A stretch of 64,000 bases of DNA from an uncultured Alphaproteobacteria bacterium (GCA_944391585.1 CALXUD010000001.1:6385-70384); one strand, 5' to 3'. Shown: positions 10,123 through 20,438, counted from the first letter of the stretch. Made by a program: numbers and translations. The notes: generated by a model not told the origin, from the sequence alone.

Positions 10123-11367
10123 ATGACCAGTTGGAAAACCGCTTTAAAAGGATATACAAAACAGAAAATCTGGTTATTCCTTTTTTTGGGTTTTTCATGC
10201 GGATTGCCTTATAATTTATTAGGATATAGTTTATCCTTATGGTTAAAGGATGCAGGATTCGCGCTGGCGGTTATCGGGTTTTTTAGTCTTGTTTTCATTC
10301 CATACAGTTTAAAATTTTTATGGGCTCCCTTTGTGGATTGGGTTCAGATTCCTTATTTTTCCGAACGGTATGGCCGTAAAAAGGCATGGGGATTTTTATT
10401 TCAAATAGGATTAGTAGTTAGTATTTTTGCGTTGGCTGCTTTTCCTCCGCAAGAAAGCGCGTGGATTATTACCTTTATTTTAGCTCTTTGTGTGGCGTTT
10501 TTTGCCAGCAGTCAGGATATTGTTGTGGATGCTTTGCGAATTGATACGTTGAAAACAGAAGAGTTAGGTGAAGGAGCAGGTGCGTATCAATTCGGCTATC
10601 GGATGGGATTATTGTTATCCGGTGCCGGTGTGGTGGCATTATCCAATTTAATCCCGTGGTCGATGGCGTATATGATTGTGGGGTGTTTCGTTTTAACGGG
10701 GTTTATTTCGTTATTCTTTATTCGTGAAGAAAAAACGCCTTTGGTAGACAAGCAGTCCAATTGGCTGTCTGATTTTATTCAAAAGCCTTTTATAGATTTT
10801 ATGCGGCATTCAGGATGGATGTTGATTTTAATTTTCATTATTTTGTATAAACTAAATAATGCTGTTTTGGGGCGCATGGCGTTGCCGTTTTATGATGATA
10901 TTGGTTTTTCAAAAGAACAAATTGCACTTGTTTCCGGAGCGTTCGGACCATGGATTACGATGGCAGGTATTCCCGTTGGCGGGTTATTGGTGATGCGGTT
11001 TGGGATTTTAAAATCTTTGTTCGGATTGGGATTCGTTGAAATAATGACTTCATTGGCATTTATGTGTTTGGCTTTATTAGGACCTTCCATGCCGGCTTTT
11101 TTGGCTGTTATTATCTTTGACAATATTGTTGGTGGTATGGGGGGAGCCGTTTTTGTGGCTTATTTATCCAGTTTATGTTCCAAAGCGTATTCTGCAACGC
11201 AATATGCGTTGTTAACCAGTTTTATGGCAGTGGCTTCATCTGTTGTGGCAGCGATTAGCGGTGTTTGGGCGGATCAAATGGGATGGCCGTTGTTCTTTTT
11301 CTTTACCGGATGTTTGATGTTGCCGGCTTTATGTTTGTTGAAGTATTTAATGCGGGGAAGCAGATGA
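10123..11367 (+). CDS. ampG: AmpG-family muropeptide MFS permease
   Basis: Polytopic membrane protein. 'GFSCGLPYNLLGYSLSLWL...GFFSLVFIPYSLKFLWAPFVD' matches the AmpG signature (GxxxGLP...FKFLW.P..D). Confidence 0.75.
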   Translation: MTSWKTALKGYTKQKIWLFLFLGFSCGLPYNLLGYSLSLWLKDAGFALAVIGFFSLVFIPYSLKFLWAPFVDWVQIPYFSERYGRKKAWGFLFQIGLVVSIFALAAFPPQESAWIITFILALCVAFFASSQDIVVDALRIDTLKTEELGEGAGAYQFGYRMGLLLSGAGVVALSNLIPWSMAYMIVGCFVLTGFISLFFIREEKTPLVDKQSNWLSDFIQKPFIDFMRHSGWMLILIFIILYKLNNAVLGRMALPFYDDIGFSKEQIALVSGAFGPWITMAGIPVGGLLVMRFGILKSLFGLGFVEIMTSLAFMCLALLGPSMPAFLAVIIFDNIVGGMGGAVFVAYLSSLCSKAYSATQYALLTSFMAVASSVVAAISGVWADQMGWPLFFFFTGCLMLPALCLLKYLMRGSR

Positions 11368-11684
11368 ATAAAAATAAAAGATATCAATGTTTGGTTTATT
11401 CGGATAAAAAAACAAAAGAAAGCGTTTTAATTTGGAGCGGAAACCAAACACCGGCTCAGGTGGCTGCACGCCAGGATATCCCGTTTGGAAAAATTTATGC
11501 TACAGCTCAAATTGCATATGATGTTAAGAAAAATCGATGGAAAATTTTAGATTTGAACCCGCTTTTTAATAGTTGTTATCGGTTGAATGAAGATGAGCAG
11601 TTAATTTTTCAAAAAATTGCAGAATTAGAGAAAATAGAGACAACTCAATCTATGGAAGCACTAAAAAAAAGACGTGATAGATAA
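11364..11684 (+). CDS. Hypothetical small protein (106 aa), first of three tandem paralogue-like small ORFs
   Basis: ATG at 11364 overlaps the ampG stop (ATGA). The ORF track's 11265 start extends into ampG. No family recognised. Confidence 0.45.
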   Translation: MNKNKRYQCLVYSDKKTKESVLIWSGNQTPAQVAARQDIPFGKIYATAQIAYDVKKNRWKILDLNPLFNSCYRLNEDEQLIFQKIAELEKIETTQSMEALKKRRDR

Positions 11685-11763
11685 AATCAACTTTATTTAA
11701 AAAATATAAAAATGTGATATAATAAAAAAGTGATGTCTTTAACACGGATTGGAGGAGGGCTTT

Positions 11764-12258
11764 ATGAGTATTTTATCATTTTTGGGGAAAAAACAGGTAT
11801 TGAATTCTCAAAAAACGTATAGCGGTCGAGCAGTAGTTTATAATGATTCAATTACAGGAAAGGGACAGGATAAAGTTCTTTTATGGTTCGCTGACAGTCA
11901 AGGAAGAATGCCCTCTATTGGCCAAAAGTTAAAAGAAAGAGGAATTGAATCGCACCAGATATGTAGCGTTGCCAGAATTGCTTATTGCCCGCATGAAACG
12001 GAAATACAGAAGCGTTTTTGCATTATTGATTATTCTTCAGAACGCAATTTAAATCAAATGGGAGAAAATGGTCGTTTTGACAAAAAAGCAACACTTACAA
12101 AAGAAAATGATATGAAAATGCAGGATGCTCGCTTAATTTTAGATATGGCTCGTCAGATGAAGAGGTTGCCGACGCATTCGGAATGTGCTGCAGCACACCA
12201 TCCGTTAAAAAGTTCGGAACGGGCTTGGAATTTATTTAATAAAAAGAGGACACGCTGA
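11764..12258 (+). CDS. Hypothetical protein (~165 aa)
   Basis: GGAGGAGG RBS then ATG at 11764. The track start at 11749 is a TTG. Shares 'VVY.D....VL.W' and 'IAY' motifs with its neighbours. Confidence 0.5.
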   Translation: MSILSFLGKKQVLNSQKTYSGRAVVYNDSITGKGQDKVLLWFADSQGRMPSIGQKLKERGIESHQICSVARIAYCPHETEIQKRFCIIDYSSERNLNQMGENGRFDKKATLTKENDMKMQDARLILDMARQMKRLPTHSECAAAHHPLKSSERAWNLFNKKRTR

Positions 12259-12599
12259 TGATTGAACGCGCTAAATATATTGTTTATTGGGATCAGGAAG
12301 AAAATCAAAAGAAGGTTGTTTATTCTTTTGAGCGGGGTGGGCATGGATATCTAGTAGATTTTTATAATATTGCTCCGGAAACAATTTCCTCTTTCGGTGT
12401 TGTTCAATGTGAAAGAGAAAAGAAAACGGTCCAAATTATTGAAAACGCTGTTTGGGAGAATCCCGGAAAATCTAAAATATGGAAGAAAGTATTTGAAGAA
12501 GATAATCCGATCGTGATTAAAGCTTTTCAAGAACATATGGCATCAGATAATCAAAAAGTTGATTTGACAGCGCATTTCTTGAAACAAAAAGAACGATAA
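12258..12599 (+). CDS. Hypothetical protein (113 aa)
   Basis: Start overlaps the stop of the preceding gene. Weak motif similarity to the two preceding small proteins. Confidence 0.45.
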   Translation: MIERAKYIVYWDQEENQKKVVYSFERGGHGYLVDFYNIAPETISSFGVVQCEREKKTVQIIENAVWENPGKSKIWKKVFEEDNPIVIKAFQEHMASDNQKVDLTAHFLKQKER

Positions 12600-12635
12600 T
12601 TTTTTCCAAAAGGCCACTGATAGAGGTGTCCTTCT

Positions 12636-12929
12636 TTAATCAAAAATAACCTGATCGTCTGGATTCCCCATATTTAAAACACGGCGTGCAGATTCTTCTA
12701 ATTGATCTAAATCCAATGAGTTGGGAGAAAGTGATTTAACTTTTGCACGCATCAATTTCTTTTCTTCTGCTGTTTCCATGGCAATGTTACGAGCGAGTTC
12801 AATTTCTTGGTCCAATTGCCATGAACGGCGTAATCCCCTGTTTCCTTGAATGGTATGATAAATAAAATAAATACTCATTAAAATACAAAACAAAGGAATA
12901 ACTCGAATACGAAATGATATTGGTTTCAT
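12636..12929 (-). CDS. ftsB: Cell division protein FtsB/DivIC-like (septum formation initiator)
   Basis: 97 aa. N-terminal TM helix then a short coiled coil ('WQLDQEIELARNIAMETAEEKKLMRAKVKSL'), typical FtsB size and layout. Confidence 0.6.
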   Translation of the reverse strand: MKPISFRIRVIPLFCILMSIYFIYHTIQGNRGLRRSWQLDQEIELARNIAMETAEEKKLMRAKVKSLSPNSLDLDQLEESARRVLNMGNPDDQVIFD

Positions 12930-12933
12930 TAGT

Positions 12934-14547
12934 TTATTCCGTTAAAGGTTTCGGTTTTGGCATGGAATTCTTTGTCGAATTGGACGGTTTATAGATCGTA
13001 ACTCGATTACGACCATTTTCTTTTGATTGATAAAGAGCATCATCCGCACCTTGAATAATTGCATTTAAAGAATCAAAATATTTGGAAAAAGCAAGGCCAA
13101 TGCTGATAGTTATGCGAATTTCTTTATCTTCAAAAATGGTTGTCATGTTTTCTATGGAATCCCGCAAGCGTTCTGCAACAATAAATCCGGGGTTTTCTTC
13201 CGTTTGTGCTAATAAAATAATAAACTCTTCACCTCCGAAACGTGCCAAAATATCGGTATCTCTTAAATTTGCTTTTAAATGAAGAGACAGATTTTTTAAT
13301 ACTTCATCTCCCGCTTGATGCCCATAGGTATCATTAATTTTTTTAAAATGATCAATGTCCAGCATTAAAATACAGCACGGAGTTTGATAGCGCCAAGATT
13401 TATTCATTTCTTTATGCGCCATGGTTTCAAATTGGCGACGGTTAAACAAACCCGTTAGCGAGTCTGTAGAAGCTTTTTCATAAAGTTCCGTTTCTTTTTC
13501 TTTACGATGAGTAATATCTTTGAAGGTTGTATAAAGAGCCAGTTCTCCATCTAAATCAATAACACGGGTGGAAAGAGATACCCAAAAAGTTTTATATGTT
13601 TGCGGATCTTTCATTTGTACTTCAAAATCTTCAATTGTATTTTCACGTTTTATGCGGGAAATTAACTCGGTGCGCTTAACGGAATCAGCAAAATAATTGG
13701 AAAACGTAAAGGTGGGTATCTTATCTTTTGGTAAATTAAAAAGTTTTTGGGCTTTCGGATTGATGATTAAAATACTGTCGTCCAATAAACGAGAGATTAA
13801 AATCGGGAAAGGAGAAGCATTAATGATTAAATCCCTTTTGGCTCGTTCGGCTAAAATAGAGCGTTCCAATGTGGCACAATACGTGCCGATCAAATTGATT
13901 TGAGAGGCGAGTGAGAGAAATAAAACAATAGCATAAGCAATCGCTTGCCAAATCCAGGTATGTGGGGTTTCAAACAAAATGGCCTGGGTATAATAAAAAC
14001 CTAAAAAGAGAAATCCTAACCCAATTGCTCGCAGGGCATGGGTTTGACGAGCAGATTGAACAAAAACAAGCGCGATTCCAAGTCCCAAAAAAGCAGAAGA
14101 AATATAAATATTCGGAAGTATTGTAAATAACTTTGCAAATTCAGGGCTTCGTTCAATTAAAAAGCCGGCAGCCATTAAACAGGCGGAGCAGATGAGCGAA
14201 AAAGTGAAGCTGGAAAAGATAAAGCGTAAAATTTGAAGAGCGCTGGAGATAAACAGAGCGGTTGAAATGCACACCAAAGATAAATTAATCCATTCCACGA
14301 CAGAAGGGTAAATGTTAATTCTGTATCCAAAATGTGCTGAAACCAATGGGGATACTTGATACCCCATCAAGATAATGTTTTTGAAAGCCAATACGTAAAA
14401 AGCATAGCAAAGTGCTTTTAAACCACCTTTTATTGTGCTTTGATTATAGAAAAAACCAATGGAAAAAGCCAAAATTAAAGAGCCAACCAATTCCGGCCCG
14501 TATGCTTTAAATAAGGACATATAAAAATTGAATAATTCTATTGCCAT
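12934..14547 (-). CDS. Membrane-anchored PAS-GGDEF diguanylate cyclase
   Basis: Several N-terminal TM helices. C-terminal 'DSLTGLFNRRQFE...LMLDIDHFKKINDTYGHQAGDEVL...RFGGEEFIILL' is a canonical GGDEF with GGEEF active site. Probable start is MAIELFNF at 14547; the track start at 14637 gives an implausible N-terminus. Confidence 0.8.
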   Translation of the reverse strand: MAIELFNFYMSLFKAYGPELVGSLILAFSIGFFYNQSTIKGGLKALCYAFYVLAFKNIILMGYQVSPLVSAHFGYRINIYPSVVEWINLSLVCISTALFISSALQILRFIFSSFTFSLICSACLMAAGFLIERSPEFAKLFTILPNIYISSAFLGLGIALVFVQSARQTHALRAIGLGFLFLGFYYTQAILFETPHTWIWQAIAYAIVLFLSLASQINLIGTYCATLERSILAERAKRDLIINASPFPILISRLLDDSILIINPKAQKLFNLPKDKIPTFTFSNYFADSVKRTELISRIKRENTIEDFEVQMKDPQTYKTFWVSLSTRVIDLDGELALYTTFKDITHRKEKETELYEKASTDSLTGLFNRRQFETMAHKEMNKSWRYQTPCCILMLDIDHFKKINDTYGHQAGDEVLKNLSLHLKANLRDTDILARFGGEEFIILLAQTEENPGFIVAERLRDSIENMTTIFEDKEIRITISIGLAFSKYFDSLNAIIQGADDALYQSKENGRNRVTIYKPSNSTKNSMPKPKPLTE

Positions 14548-14623
14548 AGCGTCTTCCCTTTTCGTTTCTTTTTCAACTATACGGTAAAAATTATTTTTTT
14601 TAAAGAAAAATCTGTTTTTCTGA

Positions 14624-14653
14624 CTTGCAAAATACAATGTTATGACCTATATA
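14624..14653 (+). promoter_or_regulatory. Possible RpoH (sigma32)-type heat-shock promoter upstream of dnaK
   Basis: cttgcaa-N14-cctatata resembles the alphaproteobacterial sigma32 consensus CTTGAA-N13-15-CCCCATWT and lies ~55 nt upstream of dnaK. Confidence 0.3.
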
Positions 14654-14708
14654 ACATTTAACACAGCGTGTAAGCTCGGTTAAGTTATTCAACTAAAGGA
14701 GAAAAATT

Positions 14709-16616
14709 ATGGGAAAAATACTTGGTATTGATTTAGGTACAACAAATTCATGCATGGCTATCATGGATGGAAAAGATGTTAAAATTTTGGAAAATAGAGA
14801 AGGCGCCAGAACAACCCCTTCTATGGTTGCTTTTACCTCAAAAGGAGAACGCTTGGTCGGTCAACCGGCAAAACGGCAGGCTGTAACCAATCCAGAAGGA
14901 ACATTATTCTCTATTAAACGTTTAATCGGTCGTCGGTATGATGATAAAATGGTTGTTAAAGATAAGGAATTAGTCCCATATCATATCGTCTCGGGAGATA
15001 ATGGGGATGCTTGGGTGGAAGTGCAGGGTAAAAAATATGCTCCCAGTCAAATTTCCGCATTCGTATTACAAAAACTGAAAGATGATGCCGAAAGTTATTT
15101 GGGTGAAAAAATTACACAAGCAATCATTACCGTGCCGGCTTATTTCGATGATTCTCAACGGCAAGCAACCAAAGATGCCGGTAAAATTGCAGGTTTAGAA
15201 GTATTGCGGATTATTAATGAACCAACTGCGGCTGCTTTGGCTTATGGTATGGACGCAAAAAAATCCGGAACGATTGCGGTTTACGATTTGGGAGGCGGTA
15301 CATTTGATGTATCCATTTTGGAAATCGGTGATGGTGTGTTTGAAGTGAAATCAACCAATGGTGATACTTTCTTAGGTGGGGAAGATTTCGATGCCCGCGT
15401 GATGGATTATTTGGCTGATGAATTTAAAAAAGAGCAAGGAATTGATTTAAGACAAGATCGATTGGCTTTACAACGCTTGAAAGAAGCAGCTGAAAAGGCA
15501 AAAATTGAATTGTCCAGTGCAACTCAAACAGACATTAATTTGCCGTTTATTACGGCTGATGCGACGGGGCCGAAGCATTTAAACGTGACGTTGACACGCG
15601 CCAAATTGGAATCTTTATGTGAAGATTTATTAAATCGGACAAAAGGACCAATGGAAAAAGCTTTAAAAGATGCCGGTTTGTCCAAAGATCAAATTGACGA
15701 AGTTATTTTGGTCGGAGGGATGACTCGTATGCCGGCTGTTCAAAAAATTGTTCAGGATTTCTTCGGTAAAGAACCCCATAAAGGCGTTAATCCGGATGAA
15801 GTGGTAGCAATGGGCGCTGCGATTCAAGGCGGAGTGTTAAAAGGAGATGTGAAAGATGTGTTGTTATTGGATGTGACCCCGTTATCTTTGGGGATTGAAA
15901 CACTGGGTGGCGTCTTTACACGTTTGATTGATCGTAATACAACGATTCCGACTAAAAAATCGCAAGTATTCTCAACGGCTGAAGATGGACAAACCGCTGT
16001 GACAATTCGAGTTTTCCAAGGGGAACGCGAAATGGCACGCGACAATAAATTGTTGGGGCAATTTGATTTAATCGGAATTCCGCCGGCTCCGCGTGGTATG
16101 CCACAAATTGAAGTCAGTTTTGATATTGACGCGAACGGAATTGTGAATGTTTCGGCTAAAGATAAGGCAACCGGAAAAGAGCAAAACATTCGCATTCAAG
16201 CTTCCGGTGGATTGAAAGATTCGGATATTGAGCAAATGGTGAAAGATGCTGAAGCGCATGCTGAAGAAGACAAGAAGATGAAAGAAGCGATTGAGGCGCG
16301 CAACCATGCAGATGCATTGATTTACTCAACAGAAAAATCATTGAAAGAACATGGGGATAAAATTCCGGCATCAGATAAAGAAGCGATTGAAAACGCATTG
16401 AAAGAATTAAAAGATGTGTTAGAATCCAACGATGCTGAAACGATTAAATCCAAAACGGATGCGTTGGCGCAAGCTTCCATGAAATTGGGCGAGGCGATGT
16501 ATAAAGAGCAACAAGCTGCAGGTGCTCAACCGACAGGAGAGCAGTCTCAAACGGAAGAAGCAAAACCAGCCGATGAAACGGTGGTTGATGCCGATTTTGA
16601 AGAAGTGAAAAAGTAA
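14709..16616 (+). CDS. dnaK: Chaperone DnaK (Hsp70)
   Basis: [18 protein letters not shown], full-length 635 aa Hsp70. Confidence 0.97.
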   Translation: MGKILGIDLGTTNSCMAIMDGKDVKILENREGARTTPSMVAFTSKGERLVGQPAKRQAVTNPEGTLFSIKRLIGRRYDDKMVVKDKELVPYHIVSGDNGDAWVEVQGKKYAPSQISAFVLQKLKDDAESYLGEKITQAIITVPAYFDDSQRQATKDAGKIAGLEVLRIINEPTAAALAYGMDAKKSGTIAVYDLGGGTFDVSILEIGDGVFEVKSTNGDTFLGGEDFDARVMDYLADEFKKEQGIDLRQDRLALQRLKEAAEKAKIELSSATQTDINLPFITADATGPKHLNVTLTRAKLESLCEDLLNRTKGPMEKALKDAGLSKDQIDEVILVGGMTRMPAVQKIVQDFFGKEPHKGVNPDEVVAMGAAIQGGVLKGDVKDVLLLDVTPLSLGIETLGGVFTRLIDRNTTIPTKKSQVFSTAEDGQTAVTIRVFQGEREMARDNKLLGQFDLIGIPPAPRGMPQIEVSFDIDANGIVNVSAKDKATGKEQNIRIQASGGLKDSDIEQMVKDAEAHAEEDKKMKEAIEARNHADALIYSTEKSLKEHGDKIPASDKEAIENALKELKDVLESNDAETIKSKTDALAQASMKLGEAMYKEQQAAGAQPTGEQSQTEEAKPADETVVDADFEEVKK

Positions 16617-16632
16617 AGCTTCTGATAGAAAA

Positions 16633-16668
16633 GGTCGCCCAACCTTTCGTGTTGGGCGCTCTTTTGTG
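16633..16668 (+). terminator. Rho-independent terminator after dnaK
   Basis: gcccaac-cttt-cgtgttgggc stem-loop followed by tcttttgtgg. Confidence 0.55.
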
Positions 16669-16733
16669 GCTTGTATCTCGGATAAAAATATGTTATAAAA
16701 CATACACTTTTAGTATTTTGAAAACACAATGAT

Positions 16734-17852
16734 ATGAAAAAAGATTATTACGAAGTTTTAGGTGTTCAAAAAGGTTCTTCGGCAGATGAAATAAAGCGAG
16801 CTTTTCGCTTAAAGGCAAAGGAGTTTCATCCGGATCATCATCCGGGCGATAAGGAAGCCGAACAACATTTTAAAGAAATTAACGAAGCGTATGATGTGTT
16901 GAAAGATCCGCAGAAAAAAGCGGCTTATGATCAATATGGTCATGCGGCTTTTTCGGGCGGTATGGGAGGAAATGGCGCCGGTTTCGGTGGATTTGATTTC
17001 TCCGGAACCGGTTTTGAATCTATTTTTGAAGAGATGTTTTCCAACTTTGGCAGTAGTGCGCGGACGCGTACAAATCCGCAATCAGCGCCGGTGGATATGC
17101 GTTATGACTTATCCATTTCATTGGAAGAAGCATATACTGGTTTAAAGAAAAAAATTAAAGTTGAAACATATGCCAGTTGTGAAAAATGCGGTGGAAGAGG
17201 CGGTAAGGAAATACAAACATGCGGCACTTGCAACGGGCAAGGTCGCGTGCGGCAACGGCAAGGCTTTTTTGTGGTGGAAACGGAATGTCCGGTTTGCCAT
17301 GGAACGGGAAAAAGCATTAAAGACCCGTGTATGACTTGTCAAGGAACCGGTCGCGTACGCAAAACAAAAGAATTGGAAGTGAATATCCCAAAAGGCGTGG
17401 ATTCCGGCGTTCGGATGCGTTTATCCGGCGAAGGCAGTGTGGGTGTACGTGGGCAAAAAGCCGGTGATTTGTATGTCTTTTTAACTGTAAAGAAGCATTC
17501 TGTTTTTGAGCGCGAAGGGGATCACTTATATTGTGAAATGCCTATTCCGATGACAACAGCGGCATTAGGTGGGAAGGTGATTGTGCCCACAATTGACGGG
17601 CATGGTGCTGAAGTGGAAATTAAAGCGGGTACGCAAACCGGTGCGCAAATAAAAGTGAAAGGCAAAGGGATGCCTCGTTTACGGTCGGATGTGTATGGCG
17701 ATTTATTCATTACATTGATTGTGGAAACGCCGAGAAACATGACCGCGCGTCAAAAAGAATTGTTGAAAGAATTTGAAGCGGAAGGTCAAAACAACCAATC
17801 AGCTTATAGCGAGTTTTTAAACAAAGTTAAAGATTGGTGGGATGCCTTATAA
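16734..17852 (+). CDS. dnaJ: Chaperone DnaJ (Hsp40)
   Basis: J domain with HPD ('FHPDHHPGD'), Gly/Phe-rich linker, four CxxCxGxG zinc-finger repeats. Confidence 0.95.
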   Translation: MKKDYYEVLGVQKGSSADEIKRAFRLKAKEFHPDHHPGDKEAEQHFKEINEAYDVLKDPQKKAAYDQYGHAAFSGGMGGNGAGFGGFDFSGTGFESIFEEMFSNFGSSARTRTNPQSAPVDMRYDLSISLEEAYTGLKKKIKVETYASCEKCGGRGGKEIQTCGTCNGQGRVRQRQGFFVVETECPVCHGTGKSIKDPCMTCQGTGRVRKTKELEVNIPKGVDSGVRMRLSGEGSVGVRGQKAGDLYVFLTVKKHSVFEREGDHLYCEMPIPMTTAALGGKVIVPTIDGHGAEVEIKAGTQTGAQIKVKGKGMPRLRSDVYGDLFITLIVETPRNMTARQKELLKEFEAEGQNNQSAYSEFLNKVKDWWDAL

Positions 17853-17856
17853 TAAA

Positions 17857-17890
17857 AGGAAAGAGGTGTTTTGAAACACCTCTTTTTTTT
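17857..17890 (+). terminator. Rho-independent terminator after dnaJ
   Basis: agaggtgtt-ttgaa-aacacctct hairpin followed by a T8 run. Confidence 0.65.
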
Positions 17891-17892
17891 GA

Positions 17893-18105
17893 TTAATTTA
17901 AGGTGGTGGCAATTTTTTTTTGAATATTTTTGATAAAGTTTTTTTTGAAGTTGTCGTCTTCATGTATTCGGACCAAAAAATAAAAAACTTTTGTCAGAAA
18001 ATCAATTTCCCGCTCGGTGAATTTGTTTTCTTTTAACAGACGTTGAAATAAAATAAACGCTTCATCTAAAAATTGCACTTTTTCTTGATGTAAATTTAAT
18101 TGCAT
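17893..18105 (-). CDS. Hypothetical small protein (~70 aa); start uncertain
   Basis: ORF 17893..18189 (-). An internal ATG at 18105 has an AGGGGGA RBS. No family recognised. Confidence 0.25.
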   Translation of the reverse strand: MQLNLHQEKVQFLDEAFILFQRLLKENKFTEREIDFLTKVFYFLVRIHEDDNFKKNFIKNIQKKIATTLN

Positions 18106-18324
18106 GGTTTCCCCCTTGTGCGTTATGAATAAACAAAACCCACGCGGGATTTTCCCAAGTAGGCGGATGTTAAAACACCGTGATATCACTAAAACGGCTC
18201 GGTTTATTGGGCTGAAGCTTTATTCGCCGACATCCACTCGCACAGATGTTTTTATCATACCCCACAAAGGGAGCAAGAATTATTTTAATTGATTTTTGGG
18301 TGCTTTTCGGGCAAACTGGAGGGT

Positions 18325-19413
18325 ATGAAAAAATCGTATTTTTTAAAACGGCTGCTTTTTATTCCCATTACGTTGTTCGGCATTATGTTGGTCAATTTTT
18401 TGTTTGTTCAGATGGCACCCGGCGGACCGGTAGAGCAAATGATGCAGAAAATTGAAAGCGGTGCCGGCGTGAATACATTGGGACATTTTGCCGGTGCGGG
18501 TGGTGGTGAAGTGGCTGGTGGCGGAGATTCACGGTATCGCGGAGCGCAAGGGTTGCAGGCGGAATTAAAAAAAGAATTGGAAAAACAATTCGGATTTGAC
18601 AAGCCCTTATGGGTGCGTTTTGGTGTGATGATGAAAAACTATTTGACGTTTGATTTCGGAAATAGTTTTTATCAAAATAAGCCGGTTATCGGATTGATTT
18701 TGGAAAAAATGCCGGTTTCTATTTCGTTGGGTATTTGGAGCACGCTTTTAATTTATCTTATTTCCATTCCGTTGGGGATTCGCAAAGCAGTTCGGCATGG
18801 ATCTCAAATGGATCGGATGAGCAGTTGGTTTTTAACGGTTTCTTATGCGCTTCCATCCTTTTTATTAGCTATTTTTTTATTGATTATTTTTGCCGGTGGT
18901 CGGTATTTGGATTGGTTTCCGCTGCAAGGGTTAGTTTCTGAAAATTGGAGCAGTCTTAGTTTTTTTCACAAAATTGCGGATTACTTTTGGCATTTATGTT
19001 TGCCGGTGTTAGCCATGACATTGGGTGGCTTAGCCGGGTTGACTTTTTTAACCAAAAATGCGTTTTTGGAAGAAATTCATAAAAATTATGTGCGCACAGC
19101 ACGCGCCAAAGGAGTGCCCGAAAATCGCATTCTATATCATCACATTTTCAGGAACGCGATGTTGATTGTGATTGCGGGATTTCCGGCAATGCTTATTAGT
19201 ATGTTATTTACGGGCTCGGTTTTAATTGAAGTGATTTTCTCGTTAGATGGCTTGGGTTTGTTAGGATTTGAAGCTGTTCAAAGTCGCGATTACCCGGTTG
19301 TTTTTGGTACGCTTTATTTATTTGCTTTATTGGGATTGATTCTAAATTTAATCAGCGATTTTGTTTACACGTTAGTGGATCCGCGTATCAATTTTGAAAA
19401 GAGGAGCAGTTGA
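18325..19413 (+). CDS. yejB: ABC transporter permease, YejB-like (peptide/microcin-C family)
   Basis: GGAGGG RBS then ATG at 18325. 'NFLFVQMAPGGPVEQ' matches the YejB N-terminal signature. Gly-rich loop and EAA-type permease core. Confidence 0.8.
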   Translation: MKKSYFLKRLLFIPITLFGIMLVNFLFVQMAPGGPVEQMMQKIESGAGVNTLGHFAGAGGGEVAGGGDSRYRGAQGLQAELKKELEKQFGFDKPLWVRFGVMMKNYLTFDFGNSFYQNKPVIGLILEKMPVSISLGIWSTLLIYLISIPLGIRKAVRHGSQMDRMSSWFLTVSYALPSFLLAIFLLIIFAGGRYLDWFPLQGLVSENWSSLSFFHKIADYFWHLCLPVLAMTLGGLAGLTFLTKNAFLEEIHKNYVRTARAKGVPENRILYHHIFRNAMLIVIAGFPAMLISMLFTGSVLIEVIFSLDGLGLLGFEAVQSRDYPVVFGTLYLFALLGLILNLISDFVYTLVDPRINFEKRSS

Positions 19414-20438
19414 TGAATTCTTTAATGCGCCGGCGGTTCCAGATTTTTAAAAAAAATAAGCGGGCTTATTATGCGGCGTGGATTTTGTTGGGAATTTTTT
19501 TACTTTCTTTGCTTGCGCCGCTCATTGCTAATGATCATCCGCTTGTTTTAATGTATAAGGATAAATTGTATTTCCCGCCGTTTGAAACGATTTCTGACGC
19601 CGTTTTGGATGGTAATTTGCCGACAGAGGCTGATTTTGCCGATAATTACACCAGATATCAGATTCAAAAAAATGGTTGGATGGTGATGCCAATTGTGCCT
19701 TATCGGTATGATTCTGTGGATTATTTTTCAACGGAACCCTTTCCGGCAAGTCCTTCTTTCAATCATTGGTTGGGGACAGATGATCAGGGACGTGATGTGT
19801 TGGCGCGGTTAATTTATGCATTGCGTATCAGTTTATTATTCGGGCTAATTTTAACATTTTTTTCAGTGCTTATTGGGGTGATTGTGGGAGCTGTGCAGGG
19901 ATATTTCGGTGGGCGAACAGATTTGTTCATTGGTCGGTTTTTAGAGATTTGGGGGTCATTACCGCAGTTATTTATTTTAATCATTGTATCCAGTTTGATT
20001 GCACCGGGATTTTTATCATTACTGATTGTTTTGTTATTGTTCAGCTGGACCAGTTTAACCGGTGTGGTGCGAGCTGAATTTTTAAAAACACGTGAGATGG
20101 ATTATGTGCGGGCAGCAAAAGGCTTAGGTGTTTCGGATTTTCATATTATTGTGCGGCATATTTTACCAAATGCATTAGTGGCGACAATTACATATATCCC
20201 TTTTATGATTTCCGGTGCAATTGTGGCGTTAACGGCGTTGGATTTTTTAGGATTTGGTTTGCCTCCCGGGGAACCGAGTTTGGGAGAATTAGTGCGTATC
20301 AGTAAGGAAAATTTACAAGCGCCGTGGTTGGGTGTGACCGTCTTTATTGTTTTAACGGGTGTTTTGTCTTTGCTACTATTTGTAGGTGAGGGTGTGCGCG
20401 ATGCGTTTGATCCTTCTCAAAAAGGAGAAGGGGTATGA
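19410..20438 (+). CDS. yejE: ABC transporter permease, YejE-like
   Basis: Overlaps the yejB stop. DppC/OppC-type fold with characteristic 'LGTDDQGRDVLARL'. Confidence 0.8.
   Translation: MMNSLMRRRFQIFKKNKRAYYAAWILLGIFLLSLLAPLIANDHPLVLMYKDKLYFPPFETISDAVLDGNLPTEADFADNYTRYQIQKNGWMVMPIVPYRYDSVDYFSTEPFPASPSFNHWLGTDDQGRDVLARLIYALRISLLFGLILTFFSVLIGVIVGAVQGYFGGRTDLFIGRFLEIWGSLPQLFILIIVSSLIAPGFLSLLIVLLLFSWTSLTGVVRAEFLKTREMDYVRAAKGLGVSDFHIIVRHILPNALVATITYIPFMISGAIVALTALDFLGFGLPPGEPSLGELVRISKENLQAPWLGVTVFIVLTGVLSLLLFVGEGVRDAFDPSQKGEGV

Noticed and set aside
18106-18324. Possible tRNA or small RNA in the 219-nt gap upstream of yejB
   Set aside because: No cloverleaf-compatible sequence (no GTTCRANYC T-loop motif, no CCA context) and no strong terminator or promoter pair. 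Left unannotated.
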